Below, in pieces: positions 1 through 9,071 of a stretch of DNA of 64,000 nt. The notes beneath the pieces are model-generated. The model searched no databases, had not been told where the DNA came from, and saw only the letters and a list, made by a program, of their open reading frames with translations. Position 1 is the first letter of the stretch; every line of letters starts with the position of its first letter. Made by a program: the position numbers and the translations under genes. The DNA comes from a bacterium (GTDB taxonomy: Bacteria > UBA10199 > 2-02-FULL-50-16 > JAJFLM01), in the NCBI GenBank assembly GCA_965216315.1, contig CBDCFN010000016.1, positions 1,664,001 to 1,728,000 on the forward strand. Direction: 5' to 3'.

Positions 1-2
1 TC

Positions 3-335
3 CTAATGCCACACAACCTTCGGACTTTCATTGACTATCGAATCAATGAGCTGGTCCATCGTTGCAATATTAATTCCCGAACTCAGTTCACTCTCGGTGA
101 TACCGCGTTCGCCCAATGAGTAATCATCAACTAAGACTTTGATCTTCGGATTATTGAGCAAATCCGTAAACCCCTGCGCTTTGGCTCCTGAGCGTGTTGC
201 CAAGGCACCGTTTTGCGTGAGAAAAACCGTAACGTCATTGCCCTCTGTACTTAAGTCATTGGCCAATGCGTACATTTGACTCACATCAGGCGATTCAAAT
301 GGATCTCGCGATTCTATGATGAGATATTGTGACAT
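3..335 (-). CDS. DsrE/DsrF-like family protein
   Basis: 110 aa; 'VTVFLTQNGAL...VLVDDYSLGERGI' pattern typical of DsrE family; AGGAG RBS upstream. Confidence 0.7.
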   Translation of the reverse strand: MSQYLIIESRDPFESPDVSQMYALANDLSTEGNDVTVFLTQNGALATRSGAKAQGFTDLLNNPKIKVLVDDYSLGERGITESELSSGINIATMDQLIDSIVNESPKVVWH

Positions 336-406
336 GTGACTCCTCCTTACCTGGCGGGACGGTACTGCCCGGCCCCTTAGCTGTCAAGGAGAGTCACGTT
401 GCGTAA

Positions 407-1003
407 TTAGTTGGCCGGCGCCGAGGATCGATATTGCTGGCTTCCCCGCTTGTAAGAAAGGTGCACGGCCTGTGCCTTGCGCGAACCCGGCCATTTCTTG
501 CGCGGTGGAAAATAAACAACACCAGCGACCTTGAGTCCCGCTGGAAATACTTGGTTGCGCATAATATTATCGATAATCAAACTACGGCTCTGGCTGTCAG
601 CGACGGCGCCTCCTGCCGTCCCGGCAATCGCGCTCGCCCCAAAGACTCCAAGCGCCGCATAACCGAGGCTTTTCTTCCCACTAATCGCACCGCCCAGACC
701 TAAACCGGCTCCCACAATCGAACCTAGAACGGCGGCTGTCTTAGCCCGATTATGCAACTGCGTCCGCACTTCATGAGGAGTCAGTGATTGAATGGAATAC
801 CCGTCGGCATTTTCCAAAAAAACTTGGCAACACTTAAACTTCAGATCGCGCGTCCCCATGTTTTGGATTGCCATCGTTACTTCGGTCCAGCCGCTCTTAT
901 GTTTGACCTTAACAACATCCACGCCTAATTCAGGGGCACGTGCCCAAGCCGTCTGAGTCATGATCAGTGCCGCCGCCATCAAAAATGTCATCAGTGTTTT
1001 CAT
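407..1003 (-). CDS. hypothetical secreted protein with glycine-zipper segment
   Basis: Signal peptide (MKTLMTFLMAAALIMTQTAWA), central GAGLGLGGA...GAxAIAGxAGGA zipper; GGGAGG RBS. Confidence 0.7.
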   Translation of the reverse strand: MKTLMTFLMAAALIMTQTAWARAPELGVDVVKVKHKSGWTEVTMAIQNMGTRDLKFKCCQVFLENADGYSIQSLTPHEVRTQLHNRAKTAAVLGSIVGAGLGLGGAISGKKSLGYAALGVFGASAIAGTAGGAVADSQSRSLIIDNIMRNQVFPAGLKVAGVVYFPPRKKWPGSRKAQAVHLSYKRGSQQYRSSAPAN

Positions 1004-1165
1004 ACCAACCTCCCTAACCTGTTCATTCTATAAAATAAAGCCCTCAATGAAAACAATTGCCTCAACTGTCTGATATCCCTAATAAAATTAATAGTTTTTC
1101 TATAATTCTCGTTAGCGTTAGAAACCTTATAGTCGCCTTTGCATCCTATTGGGTGGAGCTTGGCA

Positions 1166-1672
1166 ATGAAATGGTATCTTTACATCCTCGCCTGGTTATT
1201 AACCTTTAATAATGAAATGGGTGCGCTCATGGCTGAAGAAAAAGACTGGAAATCACTCCCGGAGTCCTACTGGCGTGAACACTTGTCCCCCCAGGAATAT
1301 CACGTCCTTCGGGAGTCAGGAACGGAAAGGGCTTTCTCAGGGAAATTCGTCAACCACAAAGCCAACGGGGAATATACGTGCGCGGCTTGTGGTGCCGCAC
1401 TCTTTGCTTCGGACACGAAATTCGAGTCAGGCACCGGCTGGCCGAGCTTCACCGACGTCATTGCAAGTTCACGCATTACAACACACGAAGATCGCAAGTT
1501 CTTCATGAAACGAACTGAATTACGTTGCGCCCGCTGCGGGTCCCACTTAGGTCATGTCTTTGATGACGGACCCGCCCCAACGGGACTTCGTTACTGTATC
1601 AATTCAGTCGCACTCGACTTCGTCCCCACAACCAAGGCTTCTGATGATAAAAAATCAAGCCGAAAGAAATAG
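1166..1672 (+). CDS. msrB: peptide-methionine (R)-S-oxide reductase MsrB
   Basis: GTERAFSG, CAAC, KFESGTGWPSF, CARCGSHLGHVFDDGP, RYCINS motifs; start set at ATG 1166 after GGAG (ORF track starts 1139). Confidence 0.95.
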   Translation: MKWYLYILAWLLTFNNEMGALMAEEKDWKSLPESYWREHLSPQEYHVLRESGTERAFSGKFVNHKANGEYTCAACGAALFASDTKFESGTGWPSFTDVIASSRITTHEDRKFFMKRTELRCARCGSHLGHVFDDGPAPTGLRYCINSVALDFVPTTKASDDKKSSRKK

Positions 1673-1680
1673 GAGAAAAC

Positions 1681-2310
1681 ATGAAACTCTACTATCACCC
1701 CATCAGCTCATATGCGCAAAAAGCCCTCATGGCTCTTTATGAAAAAAATATTTCTTTTACACCGGAGCTTGTAAACCTAATGGACGAAGCAGACCGTAAG
1801 AAGTACCGCGAACTGTACCCCTTAGGAAAAGTCCCCCTTCTCACCTTGGACGACGGTTACATGATTCCGGAATCAACCATTATTATTGAATATCTTGAAA
1901 CGCACTATGACAATGAGCCACGATTAATCCCTGAAGATCCCGACGGAGCGCGCCAAGTGCGCTTCAAAGACCGTATGATTGACCTCTATCTGAATGAGTC
2001 GGTTAATGCCTTGATCTTTCAGTCCTGGAAGCCCGAAGAAAAACAAGACCAAGAACTCATTAAAAAAAGTCATTTCCGCATCAACGTGATGTACAAATTT
2101 CTCAATGAAGTTATCGATGAAGAGGGGTGGATCCATGGTAAGGACTTTACTCTGGCCGACTGTGCAGCGGCACCGGTCCTTTTTTATGCTAAAAAGTTCT
2201 CTCCATTTGATGAGCACTCTAAAATCAAGGCTTACGCAGAACGGCTTCATGCTCGAGATTCGTATCAGCGCATACTAAAGGATGCAGGGCCATACCTTGA
2301 AAAAATGTAG
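1681..2310 (+). CDS. glutathione S-transferase family protein
   Basis: MKLYYHPISSY, PLGKVPLL, ESTIIIEYL, FTLADC motifs; AGGAG RBS. Confidence 0.93.
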   Translation: MKLYYHPISSYAQKALMALYEKNISFTPELVNLMDEADRKKYRELYPLGKVPLLTLDDGYMIPESTIIIEYLETHYDNEPRLIPEDPDGARQVRFKDRMIDLYLNESVNALIFQSWKPEEKQDQELIKKSHFRINVMYKFLNEVIDEEGWIHGKDFTLADCAAAPVLFYAKKFSPFDEHSKIKAYAERLHARDSYQRILKDAGPYLEKM

Positions 2311-2359
2311 CCTCGCGATCCTCTTGCGAAAACTTGTAAGCAATTTCAGTTAAAGAACA

Positions 2360-2385
2360 AAACTTTTTAACTGATTGGCAGATAA
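2360..2385 (+). promoter_or_regulatory. sigma28-like promoter motif (AAACTT-N12-GCAGATAA)
   Basis: Matches the motif recurring upstream of about 9 genes; 9 nt to ATG 2395, no SD. Confidence 0.45.
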
Positions 2386-2394
2386 CATAGGCTC

Positions 2395-3603
2395 ATGAGT
2401 GCATTCTACGGCCTGACATCAGCTGCAAATCCTTTGCTCGCTTCAGCAACTACGCAAGTAGTAGTCATGAACCAATACGATCGTAATGTCGTTCTCTCAG
2501 AGGCGAGTCGATCGGGCTGTACGGATGTATTGTTGCTAACGAAACCGCGTACGCGTGTTTCGCTGCTGGACCCCGAGCGTAATGCGCGTGGCTTCCGCAT
2601 CTTTTACCCGGATTGGGGTTCGATGGGTTATACGTCAACCTTGGCTGAGGCGAGAGATATCGATCCGATCAGTACGTCAGACCCTAAAAGAGCGTTTGTC
2701 CAACTCGCTATTTCAGCCCGTCATGGTAAATTGCCCCAAGGCAATCTCATTCCCATACCCTATGGCAGTGTCATGCAGATCGGAGCACTATCCGTGGCCA
2801 CTCTCTTGTCTGACCGACTCCGCTCTTCACGAATCAACTATATTCCACCCTGGATCCGTGACGTGGATATTCTGCTGCTTAGCGGAACTCTGACTCACCC
2901 TGAAGCTTTGAGTGATTTTATCAAAAAACAGCGAGGGCCAGGACCTCTGTTATCATTTTATCCCCGCAATCAAGACTATACGGCCGACCGCAAGGAGTGG
3001 AATACCTGGCCGTCGCACATGATAGGTCTCGGACCAAGCACTCAGTATCACGCCCTCGCCAGCTATCAAACAAAACCGCAGCATCCCGGGAAGCCATTAA
3101 AAGATCGCCTCGACTTTTCCATTCACTCATCACCTATGCGTGATCCGTCAAAGTGGGCTAATACAACCAAGACACACAAAAAAGAACACGAAATCGTCAA
3201 TAAAGAAAAACGCTTTCAACTGACGCTAACGGTTCGCTATAAACGTGAAATAAGTGACCGATTAATGAATTTTTTCTCAATCGACACTGATACATCCGTT
3301 GCACGGGCGCGGGCTGATTATGCCTCCAATCAAACAGGACGCCTGGTTGCAAAATACTTGGCTTTTCTTGAAAGAAATCCCGGCCATAGCCAAACCGAAA
3401 GGAGTGCGTATTTAGAAGGTCTCTACGATGACATGCACTCATCAGCCAGAGCCGTCTGGCAAAGTCCGGCAGCTACGCACGACACAGAAATTCTTCGAAC
3501 TGTTGATCGGAAGCAGTTTCCACGTGACTGGGTCCAGGCTTTTGCACTCTATCTCGAATTATGGTTCTATGAAAATACCAACCACGCCGGTCCCTACCGC
3601 TAA
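2395..3603 (+). CDS. hypothetical protein (402 aa)
   Basis: Long ORF filling the gap between GST and nnrS; no family recognised. Confidence 0.7.
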   Translation: MSAFYGLTSAANPLLASATTQVVVMNQYDRNVVLSEASRSGCTDVLLLTKPRTRVSLLDPERNARGFRIFYPDWGSMGYTSTLAEARDIDPISTSDPKRAFVQLAISARHGKLPQGNLIPIPYGSVMQIGALSVATLLSDRLRSSRINYIPPWIRDVDILLLSGTLTHPEALSDFIKKQRGPGPLLSFYPRNQDYTADRKEWNTWPSHMIGLGPSTQYHALASYQTKPQHPGKPLKDRLDFSIHSSPMRDPSKWANTTKTHKKEHEIVNKEKRFQLTLTVRYKREISDRLMNFFSIDTDTSVARARADYASNQTGRLVAKYLAFLERNPGHSQTERSAYLEGLYDDMHSSARAVWQSPAATHDTEILRTVDRKQFPRDWVQAFALYLELWFYENTNHAGPYR

Positions 3604-3648
3604 TTCTCTCTAGTCTTTTCTAAAGAGACGCGCTACATAGCGCCAAGC

Positions 3649-4848
3649 ATGGCCCCTATCCGACTCGTTATAAAACGCATGACTCACGAACCCTTTCGGC
3701 TCTTTTTTCCTTTAGGCGTTCTAGCTGCTCTCATTGCCGCTCTTTACTGGCCCGGGCTTACCTACCAAATGGGCTTCACACGTTACCCCTCACAATTTCA
3801 TATTCTCATGATGATCTTTGGATTCATGTGGGCCTTTATCATCGGTTTCCTGACAACCGCGGTCCCGCAATTGACTCAAACGAAAGATCTTGCCGCTTAC
3901 GAATTATCCCTTCTGTTGGCTCTCTATCTCAGTGCCATTATCGGGCTTTTTCTTCAGGCCTATCTCTTCACTCAAGCCAGTTTTTTTGTCACGCTACTCT
4001 ATCTGATTATGACTTTAGCTAGACGCTTCGCTACTCGCCAACGCAATGTACCACCGACATTTATTTATCTGCCGTTTGGGCTATTATCCGCGCTGATTGC
4101 AACAGCCATTACTATTGGACAAGGATTGGAGTTGATTCCCTATACTGACGAACTGACACGATTGGCACGCAACTTACTCTATCAAGGTATGATCCTTTTT
4201 CTGCTAATCGGCATCGGCGGTTTTCTGATCCGCTCCATTCTCGGCTGGGCCCCCGCGCTCCCCGAAAAGGAATCCGATCAATTACCCCACATCTCACCAA
4301 CGGCTTTGGCTAAAAATATTCATTTAGGCGCGGCTTTGGCCGTGTTTGCCAGCTTCTTGCTGGAAGGCGTTGATCTCACCTATGCACAAGCCCTGCGCGC
4401 CGTTGTCGTTACGCTCATCCTTATCGCGCAAGTCAAGATCCATCGCATCCCGATCAGTGGTAAATTGACGAGTACAACGCTACTCATCGCCCTCTGGCTA
4501 TTACTCTTAGGACTGTGGGGTCAGGTCTTTGCCTCACCTCAATACTCGATTGCATTTCGTCATTTCTGCTTTATCGGCGGTTTTGCCTTGAGCGTCTTTG
4601 CCGTCGCCACGCGCGTGATTTTCAGCCACTGCGGCTATTCCGAACTATTGCAAAAGCGCTATGCACCATTCTCAATCGCGGTCACGATCATGGGCATCGG
4701 CCTTGTAACACGGTTTTCCGCCACATTGGTACCGAGCACTTTTTTCACTCATCTTTCCTATTCAAGCTTTATCTGGTGTCTGGGGGTTCTTATCTGGAGC
4801 AGTGCTATCCTGACTAAATCAGTTCAATCGACCCTTTCCCGTTCTTAA
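3649..4848 (+). CDS. nnrS: NnrS family membrane protein
   Basis: EPFRLFFPLG, H-x-x-MMIFGF, IIGFLTTAVP, TRVIFSHCG motifs; many TM helices. Confidence 0.85.
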   Translation: MAPIRLVIKRMTHEPFRLFFPLGVLAALIAALYWPGLTYQMGFTRYPSQFHILMMIFGFMWAFIIGFLTTAVPQLTQTKDLAAYELSLLLALYLSAIIGLFLQAYLFTQASFFVTLLYLIMTLARRFATRQRNVPPTFIYLPFGLLSALIATAITIGQGLELIPYTDELTRLARNLLYQGMILFLLIGIGGFLIRSILGWAPALPEKESDQLPHISPTALAKNIHLGAALAVFASFLLEGVDLTYAQALRAVVVTLILIAQVKIHRIPISGKLTSTTLLIALWLLLLGLWGQVFASPQYSIAFRHFCFIGGFALSVFAVATRVIFSHCGYSELLQKRYAPFSIAVTIMGIGLVTRFSATLVPSTFFTHLSYSSFIWCLGVLIWSSAILTKSVQSTLSRS

Positions 4849-4880
4849 GATAGCACTGAGCTCTCTGAAACATCGACTTT

Positions 4881-5336
4881 TTAGAGCACTGAAAATGTTC
4901 GTGCCATGATCGATAAAGGACCCATAAACATGATTTGGGGTATCGCTAGGAGAATAATACCAAGCTTCACATTTTCTTCGACATCAACCACACCGACTAG
5001 CACCCTATTTGAATTCGTACACTGTGGAGGGATTTCATAGGTGACTATCTGAACCGGTCGACCACCCGCTCGATTCTTTTCCCATGAAGTCACCGGAATC
5101 AGTTGATTGCCGCGACCACAAATTTTTTGATAATAGATATGCCCGCTAGTATCGACGGTCACGACATGGGAATTGCCATAAGCATCCTTGCCACGAGCCT
5201 CCAAGCGCCCATCGCTATGCCCCTGTTCAGCGGAGCAAAATTGCAGCGCACTGTTGACCGTATCCTGTAGCTTTGAGCTGATTGTCGTATTGTTGCCCAA
5301 ACGAGCCGCGAGTTGCGGACAAGAATTTGCACCCAT
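4881..5336 (-). CDS. hypothetical protein with C-terminal hydrophobic segment
   Basis: 151 aa; strong AAGGAGGT RBS; preceded by sigma28-like motif. Confidence 0.65.
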   Translation of the reverse strand: MGANSCPQLAARLGNNTTISSKLQDTVNSALQFCSAEQGHSDGRLEARGKDAYGNSHVVTVDTSGHIYYQKICGRGNQLIPVTSWEKNRAGGRPVQIVTYEIPPQCTNSNRVLVGVVDVEENVKLGIILLAIPQIMFMGPLSIMARTFSVL

Positions 5337-5368
5337 GAGAGCACCTCCTTAATCAACGCAACACTGAT

Positions 5369-5394
5369 TTTTCGGCCGGGCCACTGAAAAGTTG
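5369..5394 (-). promoter_or_regulatory. sigma28-like promoter motif (CAACTT-N12-GCCGAAAA)
   Basis: Read on minus strand upstream of ORF starting at 5336. Confidence 0.55.
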
Positions 5395-5459
5395 CGAAAA
5401 TTCGCAAATTTTCGAAAAAATATGACATAAGCTACTGATTTGATTGGATTTTCTACAAG

Positions 5460-5485
5460 CAACCTTTGCGAGCTCACACCGATGA
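5460..5485 (+). promoter_or_regulatory. sigma28-like promoter motif (CAACCT-N12-ACCGATGA)
   Basis: 6 nt upstream of ATG 5492. Confidence 0.55.
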
Positions 5486-5491
5486 ATGGAC

Positions 5492-6421
5492 ATGCTCGCG
5501 ATGCAGGTTTTGAATCTAGGGGTAAGTGGGGTCCTGACGGCCTACAGCGGACAAGCCCCGCACCGGCAAGCCATTCCTCAACCGAATCCGTCTGCAGGGC
5601 GCCCCCTTCACCATTTTCGAGCGATGTGTCGCTTTGAACCCGCACAGCCCTACCTTAACACACTGCGAACACAAAATTTCGCTCCAAAGGTTTTCAGACT
5701 TGAAGGTCGGGAGGAATCCTATGTGCTCCATCAATGGCCCCTGACCGCCATTCGGTCAATAGAACGTTTCGCCAACGATCCGGAGCTTATTGGCGACCGA
5801 GCTGTATTTGTCGGGCATTCAGCCGGGGGCTTTCCCCTCTATATACTTGCCTGCATTGCCAAAGGAGCCCGCCTCGAAGATATTCGCAATGCACTCCCGC
5901 CGATCGACGCGATCAACGCACTCGATGCGATTTCTCCGTCGCAATATGCAACACTTGCGAAGTCACTGAGTACGGCCCTCTTCATCAGCATAGGAACTCC
6001 TTATAATGGCATCCATTTGACCGACTGGTTTCGTCCTCTACATGACCGAGTCGTTGCAGCTTTTGATCCCTTGCTAATAAATAGTTTGCGCAAAGATTTT
6101 GTCGATACCGTATATCGCCGTATCGGCCTCCGCCCGGAGCAAGTTATCCACGGACAGATGATCAGTAATGCGGCGCCCATCAAATTAAGTCGAAATCCGC
6201 GCACTCTTCCAATCGAAATCATCATGCAAGGCGGTATGCGTGCTGTTGCGCTTATTACTGAATACAAAATATATGATGGCATTGCCCCGTGGGCCGCGGT
6301 CTACGTCAGCGGGATTCCCGAACATGAGATCGTCCAGTTCGATCATCTGCGCCTCGTCGAAACAGCAAAACCTGCTGAACATCTGATGGGATTGATCGAC
6401 CGCAGTGACAGCCACCGCTGA
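5492..6421 (+). CDS. alpha/beta-hydrolase (lipase/esterase-like), paralog 1
   Basis: GHSAGG nucleophile elbow, SIGTPYNG, YDGIAPW (Asp), FDHLRL (His); start 5492 chosen by alignment to paralog at 7273. Confidence 0.8.
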   Translation: MLAMQVLNLGVSGVLTAYSGQAPHRQAIPQPNPSAGRPLHHFRAMCRFEPAQPYLNTLRTQNFAPKVFRLEGREESYVLHQWPLTAIRSIERFANDPELIGDRAVFVGHSAGGFPLYILACIAKGARLEDIRNALPPIDAINALDAISPSQYATLAKSLSTALFISIGTPYNGIHLTDWFRPLHDRVVAAFDPLLINSLRKDFVDTVYRRIGLRPEQVIHGQMISNAAPIKLSRNPRTLPIEIIMQGGMRAVALITEYKIYDGIAPWAAVYVSGIPEHEIVQFDHLRLVETAKPAEHLMGLIDRSDSHR

Positions 6422-6467
6422 TTTTTTTCACTTTCCTTCCAGCAAAATAATTCGCTACTTAACCTCC

Positions 6468-7217
6468 ATGAATTCCGGCATAACTTTTGGAATGACTTTC
6501 GGCTATCTCACGACGGTCGCACTGATCGCGGCAGCAGGCCTGACTTCGGCGCTATCCGCCGTGATCGGCATGGGCGGCGGCATGATCCTCCTCGCTATCA
6601 TGCTGCTATTCATGCCGGTTGAGGTCGCGATTCCCATTCACGCCGCCGTTCAACTCATCAGTAATGGCACGCGCACCTTTGTCTATTTAAAGCACGTGCA
6701 GTGGAAGGTCTGGGCGCTTTTTTGCGGACCCGCTGTCATCGGCATCTTGATGGGAAAAGAGATTTTTCTCGCATTAGACCGCGATTGGTTACGGATCGGA
6801 ATGGCCCTGTTCATCCTGATCACGACCTATCTCCCTAAATCGAAGAAAGGAAATCCCTGGCCCTTGTGGCCCTTTGCCATCGCCGGGGCGATCGCTGGGA
6901 CCCTCGGGATGTTGGTTGGCGCGACAGGACCTATAATCGCCCCCTTTTTTCTCCATGCCCAATTATTAAAAGAGAAGCTAATCGCAACCAAGGCCGTGTG
7001 TCAGACGACCATCCACATCCTTAAAATCGTCGCCTTCGGAACGATGGGCTTTGCATTCGGCGAGTTGAGCTGGCTGATCGTAGTACTCGGAGTGGCTGTT
7101 ATAGTCGGTACGTTTCTGGGAAAGAAATTTTTGCAACGTATCTCCGAACAAACCTTTGTCTATCTGGTTAAGGCGGTCCTCACCGTCATAGCCGTCAAGC
7201 TCATCGTCTATCCCTGA
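6468..7217 (+). CDS. sulfite exporter TauE/SafE family protein
   Basis: GMGGGMILL, GMLVGATGPIIAPF motifs; about 8 TM helices; start uncertain (6468 or 6492). Confidence 0.88.
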   Translation: MNSGITFGMTFGYLTTVALIAAAGLTSALSAVIGMGGGMILLAIMLLFMPVEVAIPIHAAVQLISNGTRTFVYLKHVQWKVWALFCGPAVIGILMGKEIFLALDRDWLRIGMALFILITTYLPKSKKGNPWPLWPFAIAGAIAGTLGMLVGATGPIIAPFFLHAQLLKEKLIATKAVCQTTIHILKIVAFGTMGFAFGELSWLIVVLGVAVIVGTFLGKKFLQRISEQTFVYLVKAVLTVIAVKLIVYP

Positions 7218-7239
7218 TCAGCCTCGCCCGCTTAACACA

Positions 7240-7265
7240 CAACCTTCTCGCGGTCTCACCGATAG
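7240..7265 (+). promoter_or_regulatory. sigma28-like promoter motif (CAACCT-N12-ACCGATAG)
   Basis: 7 nt upstream of ATG 7273, no SD. Confidence 0.55.
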
Positions 7266-7272
7266 GAACGGC

Positions 7273-8214
7273 ATGCTGGTGGCGCATATGCTCAATCTGG
7301 GCGTAAGGGGGCTCTTTGGGCTCTATTCCGCTCGCGCGGCCCATCGTCAGGCAGCGCCACTCGCGGATCCGATTGATGGGCGCTCCCTCCATCACTTTCG
7401 GGCCATGTGCCATCTGGAACCGGCTGAACCCTATCTCAATACTCTTCGATCGAATGGCTTCACGCCCCATGTCTTTCGGCTGGAAGGGAAAGAAGAAAAG
7501 TTCGTCCTCGATCAATGGCCCCTGACCAGTGTGCGCGCCATCGAGCGCTTTGCAAAGAACCCTGAATTAATCGGGGAAAATCCCATCTTTGTCGGTCATT
7601 CCGTCGGTGGTTTTACGGCTTATCTCTTGGGATGCATCGCGCAAGGAGTTGCGCTTGCAGATATTCACAGAGCGATTCCGGAGATCAGTGCCCTCTCCGC
7701 CTTGGGCGGAATCAGCGCTGATCAATACCGTGATCTGCAAGCGGCTCTCAGTACAGCCCTCTTTTTCAGTATTGGCACGCCCCACAATGGAATCTACCTC
7801 AGACGCTTCTTTCGCCCCTTTCATGACAAGATTATCGCACGCATTGATCCTCTTTTCATCAATGGCCTGCGCAGAGAACTCGTCCAAAGCGTTTATGAAC
7901 AAACCGGCCTAAAACCTGAGGCGGTAATGCATGGCCAAATGCTCAGCAAGACCTCCAGCTGGAATCTAAGCTGGAAACCGTGGGCATTCCCCTTTGAGTT
8001 CATGATGCAGCTGAATCTGCGCCTCTTTGCGCGTATTGCCGATTGCTCGGTCTACGACGGCGTGGCCCCCTGGTATTCCATCTACGTCGAAGACATTCCC
8101 GAACACGAAATTGTCGAACTCAACCACCTACGCATGGTGGAAACGCCGGAAGGCGGACAGCACCTCGTCAATCTCATTCAGAGAGCTGAAGTCAGTAGGA
8201 GTCCCTCCTCATAA
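7273..8214 (+). CDS. alpha/beta-hydrolase (lipase/esterase-like), paralog 2
   Basis: GHSVGG, SIGTPHNG, YDGVAPW, LNHLRM; colinear with 5492..6421. Confidence 0.8.
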   Translation: MLVAHMLNLGVRGLFGLYSARAAHRQAAPLADPIDGRSLHHFRAMCHLEPAEPYLNTLRSNGFTPHVFRLEGKEEKFVLDQWPLTSVRAIERFAKNPELIGENPIFVGHSVGGFTAYLLGCIAQGVALADIHRAIPEISALSALGGISADQYRDLQAALSTALFFSIGTPHNGIYLRRFFRPFHDKIIARIDPLFINGLRRELVQSVYEQTGLKPEAVMHGQMLSKTSSWNLSWKPWAFPFEFMMQLNLRLFARIADCSVYDGVAPWYSIYVEDIPEHEIVELNHLRMVETPEGGQHLVNLIQRAEVSRSPSS

Positions 8215-8397
8215 ACTCAGTTCGGACGACATGTCCGCAAACTATCGTATTCATATTTATAAATTATATTGAATTTATAAATAGCCGCTGAAATTAATTT
8301 ATAAAATTAATCAATAATTTCAATTATTTATAATTTTTTTATCAATGATAATCTATACTTCTGTATACATATTATTATACATTTTAGAATTTATTCG

Positions 8398-8424
8398 AAA
8401 CTTCCCGCAAGCGACCACCGATAA
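8398..8424 (+). promoter_or_regulatory. sigma28-like promoter motif (AAACTT-N13-ACCGATAA)
   Basis: Follows a very AT-rich tract, upstream of ATG 8474. Confidence 0.5.
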
Positions 8425-8473
8425 CTCCTATCGAACGCAAAAAACATTAACTGCACTTACAAGGAGGCCTATC

Positions 8474-8713
8474 ATGGCAAACCCAATTAATGGAAACAGT
8501 GGAAGCATAGCTGTAAAAATCGACGCGGCAAAAGCCGTTCAAAAAGTCCTTCAATGCAAGGACGGAGAGAGCCAGCTCTCACCCGTGTTTAATCAGACCT
8601 GCAAAGACATGGATAAAGTCCTTGAAAATCTGACGAAACCTCGGCCGAAGTCTCTAACCTTCAATCGCTTAGGCGGCCGATTTAGTCTTCGTTCGCGTTA
8701 CAAAGCACAATAA
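8474..8713 (+). CDS. small hypothetical protein (79 aa, MANPINGNSG...)
   Basis: AAGGAGG RBS before ATG 8474; downstream terminator. Confidence 0.6.
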   Translation: MANPINGNSGSIAVKIDAAKAVQKVLQCKDGESQLSPVFNQTCKDMDKVLENLTKPRPKSLTFNRLGGRFSLRSRYKAQ

Positions 8714-8772
8714 ACATCTTTAATACTTCAAAGATTGATTCCTTGAAGTGCACATAGGATGTACTGCATAGG

Positions 8773-8807
8773 TGGCCCCAGCCTCATGGTTGGGGCCATT
8801 TCTTTTT
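8773..8807 (+). terminator. rho-independent terminator
   Basis: TGGCCCCAGCC-TCAT-GGTTGGGGCCA hairpin followed by TTTCTTTTT, between convergent genes. Confidence 0.7.
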
Positions 8808-9042
8808 ATAAATCAGTGTGCGATCCGTCACAGTAAGGGGGATTATTGGTATGCTTACAACCGCACCAGGCGACTTTCTTTCCCTCTTCGAGCTTGATAA
8901 CGGTTGGTTTAAAGTCCGTCCCTTTATGTGAGCCATCACAAAAAGGTTGTGTCGCCGATCGCCCACAGGAGCACCAGGCATAATTTCCCGGCTCCATTTC
9001 CAGTACGTATGGACACTTTTGTGCGATTTTTGCCTCAGCCAT
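8806..9042 (-). CDS. CDGSH iron-sulfur domain protein (two CDGSH motifs)
   Basis: WCSCGRSATQPFCDGSH and WCGCKHTNNPPYCDGSH. Confidence 0.92.
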   Translation of the reverse strand: MAEAKIAQKCPYVLEMEPGNYAWCSCGRSATQPFCDGSHKGTDFKPTVIKLEEGKKVAWCGCKHTNNPPYCDGSHTDL

Positions 9043-9071
9043 TCGTTCCCTCCTCACTTTATTGATCTAAA

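Noticed and set aside
8240..8400. Extremely AT-rich tract as an origin or ncRNA
   Set aside because: No DnaA-box cluster, iterons or stable structure; more likely an upstream bending or regulatory region
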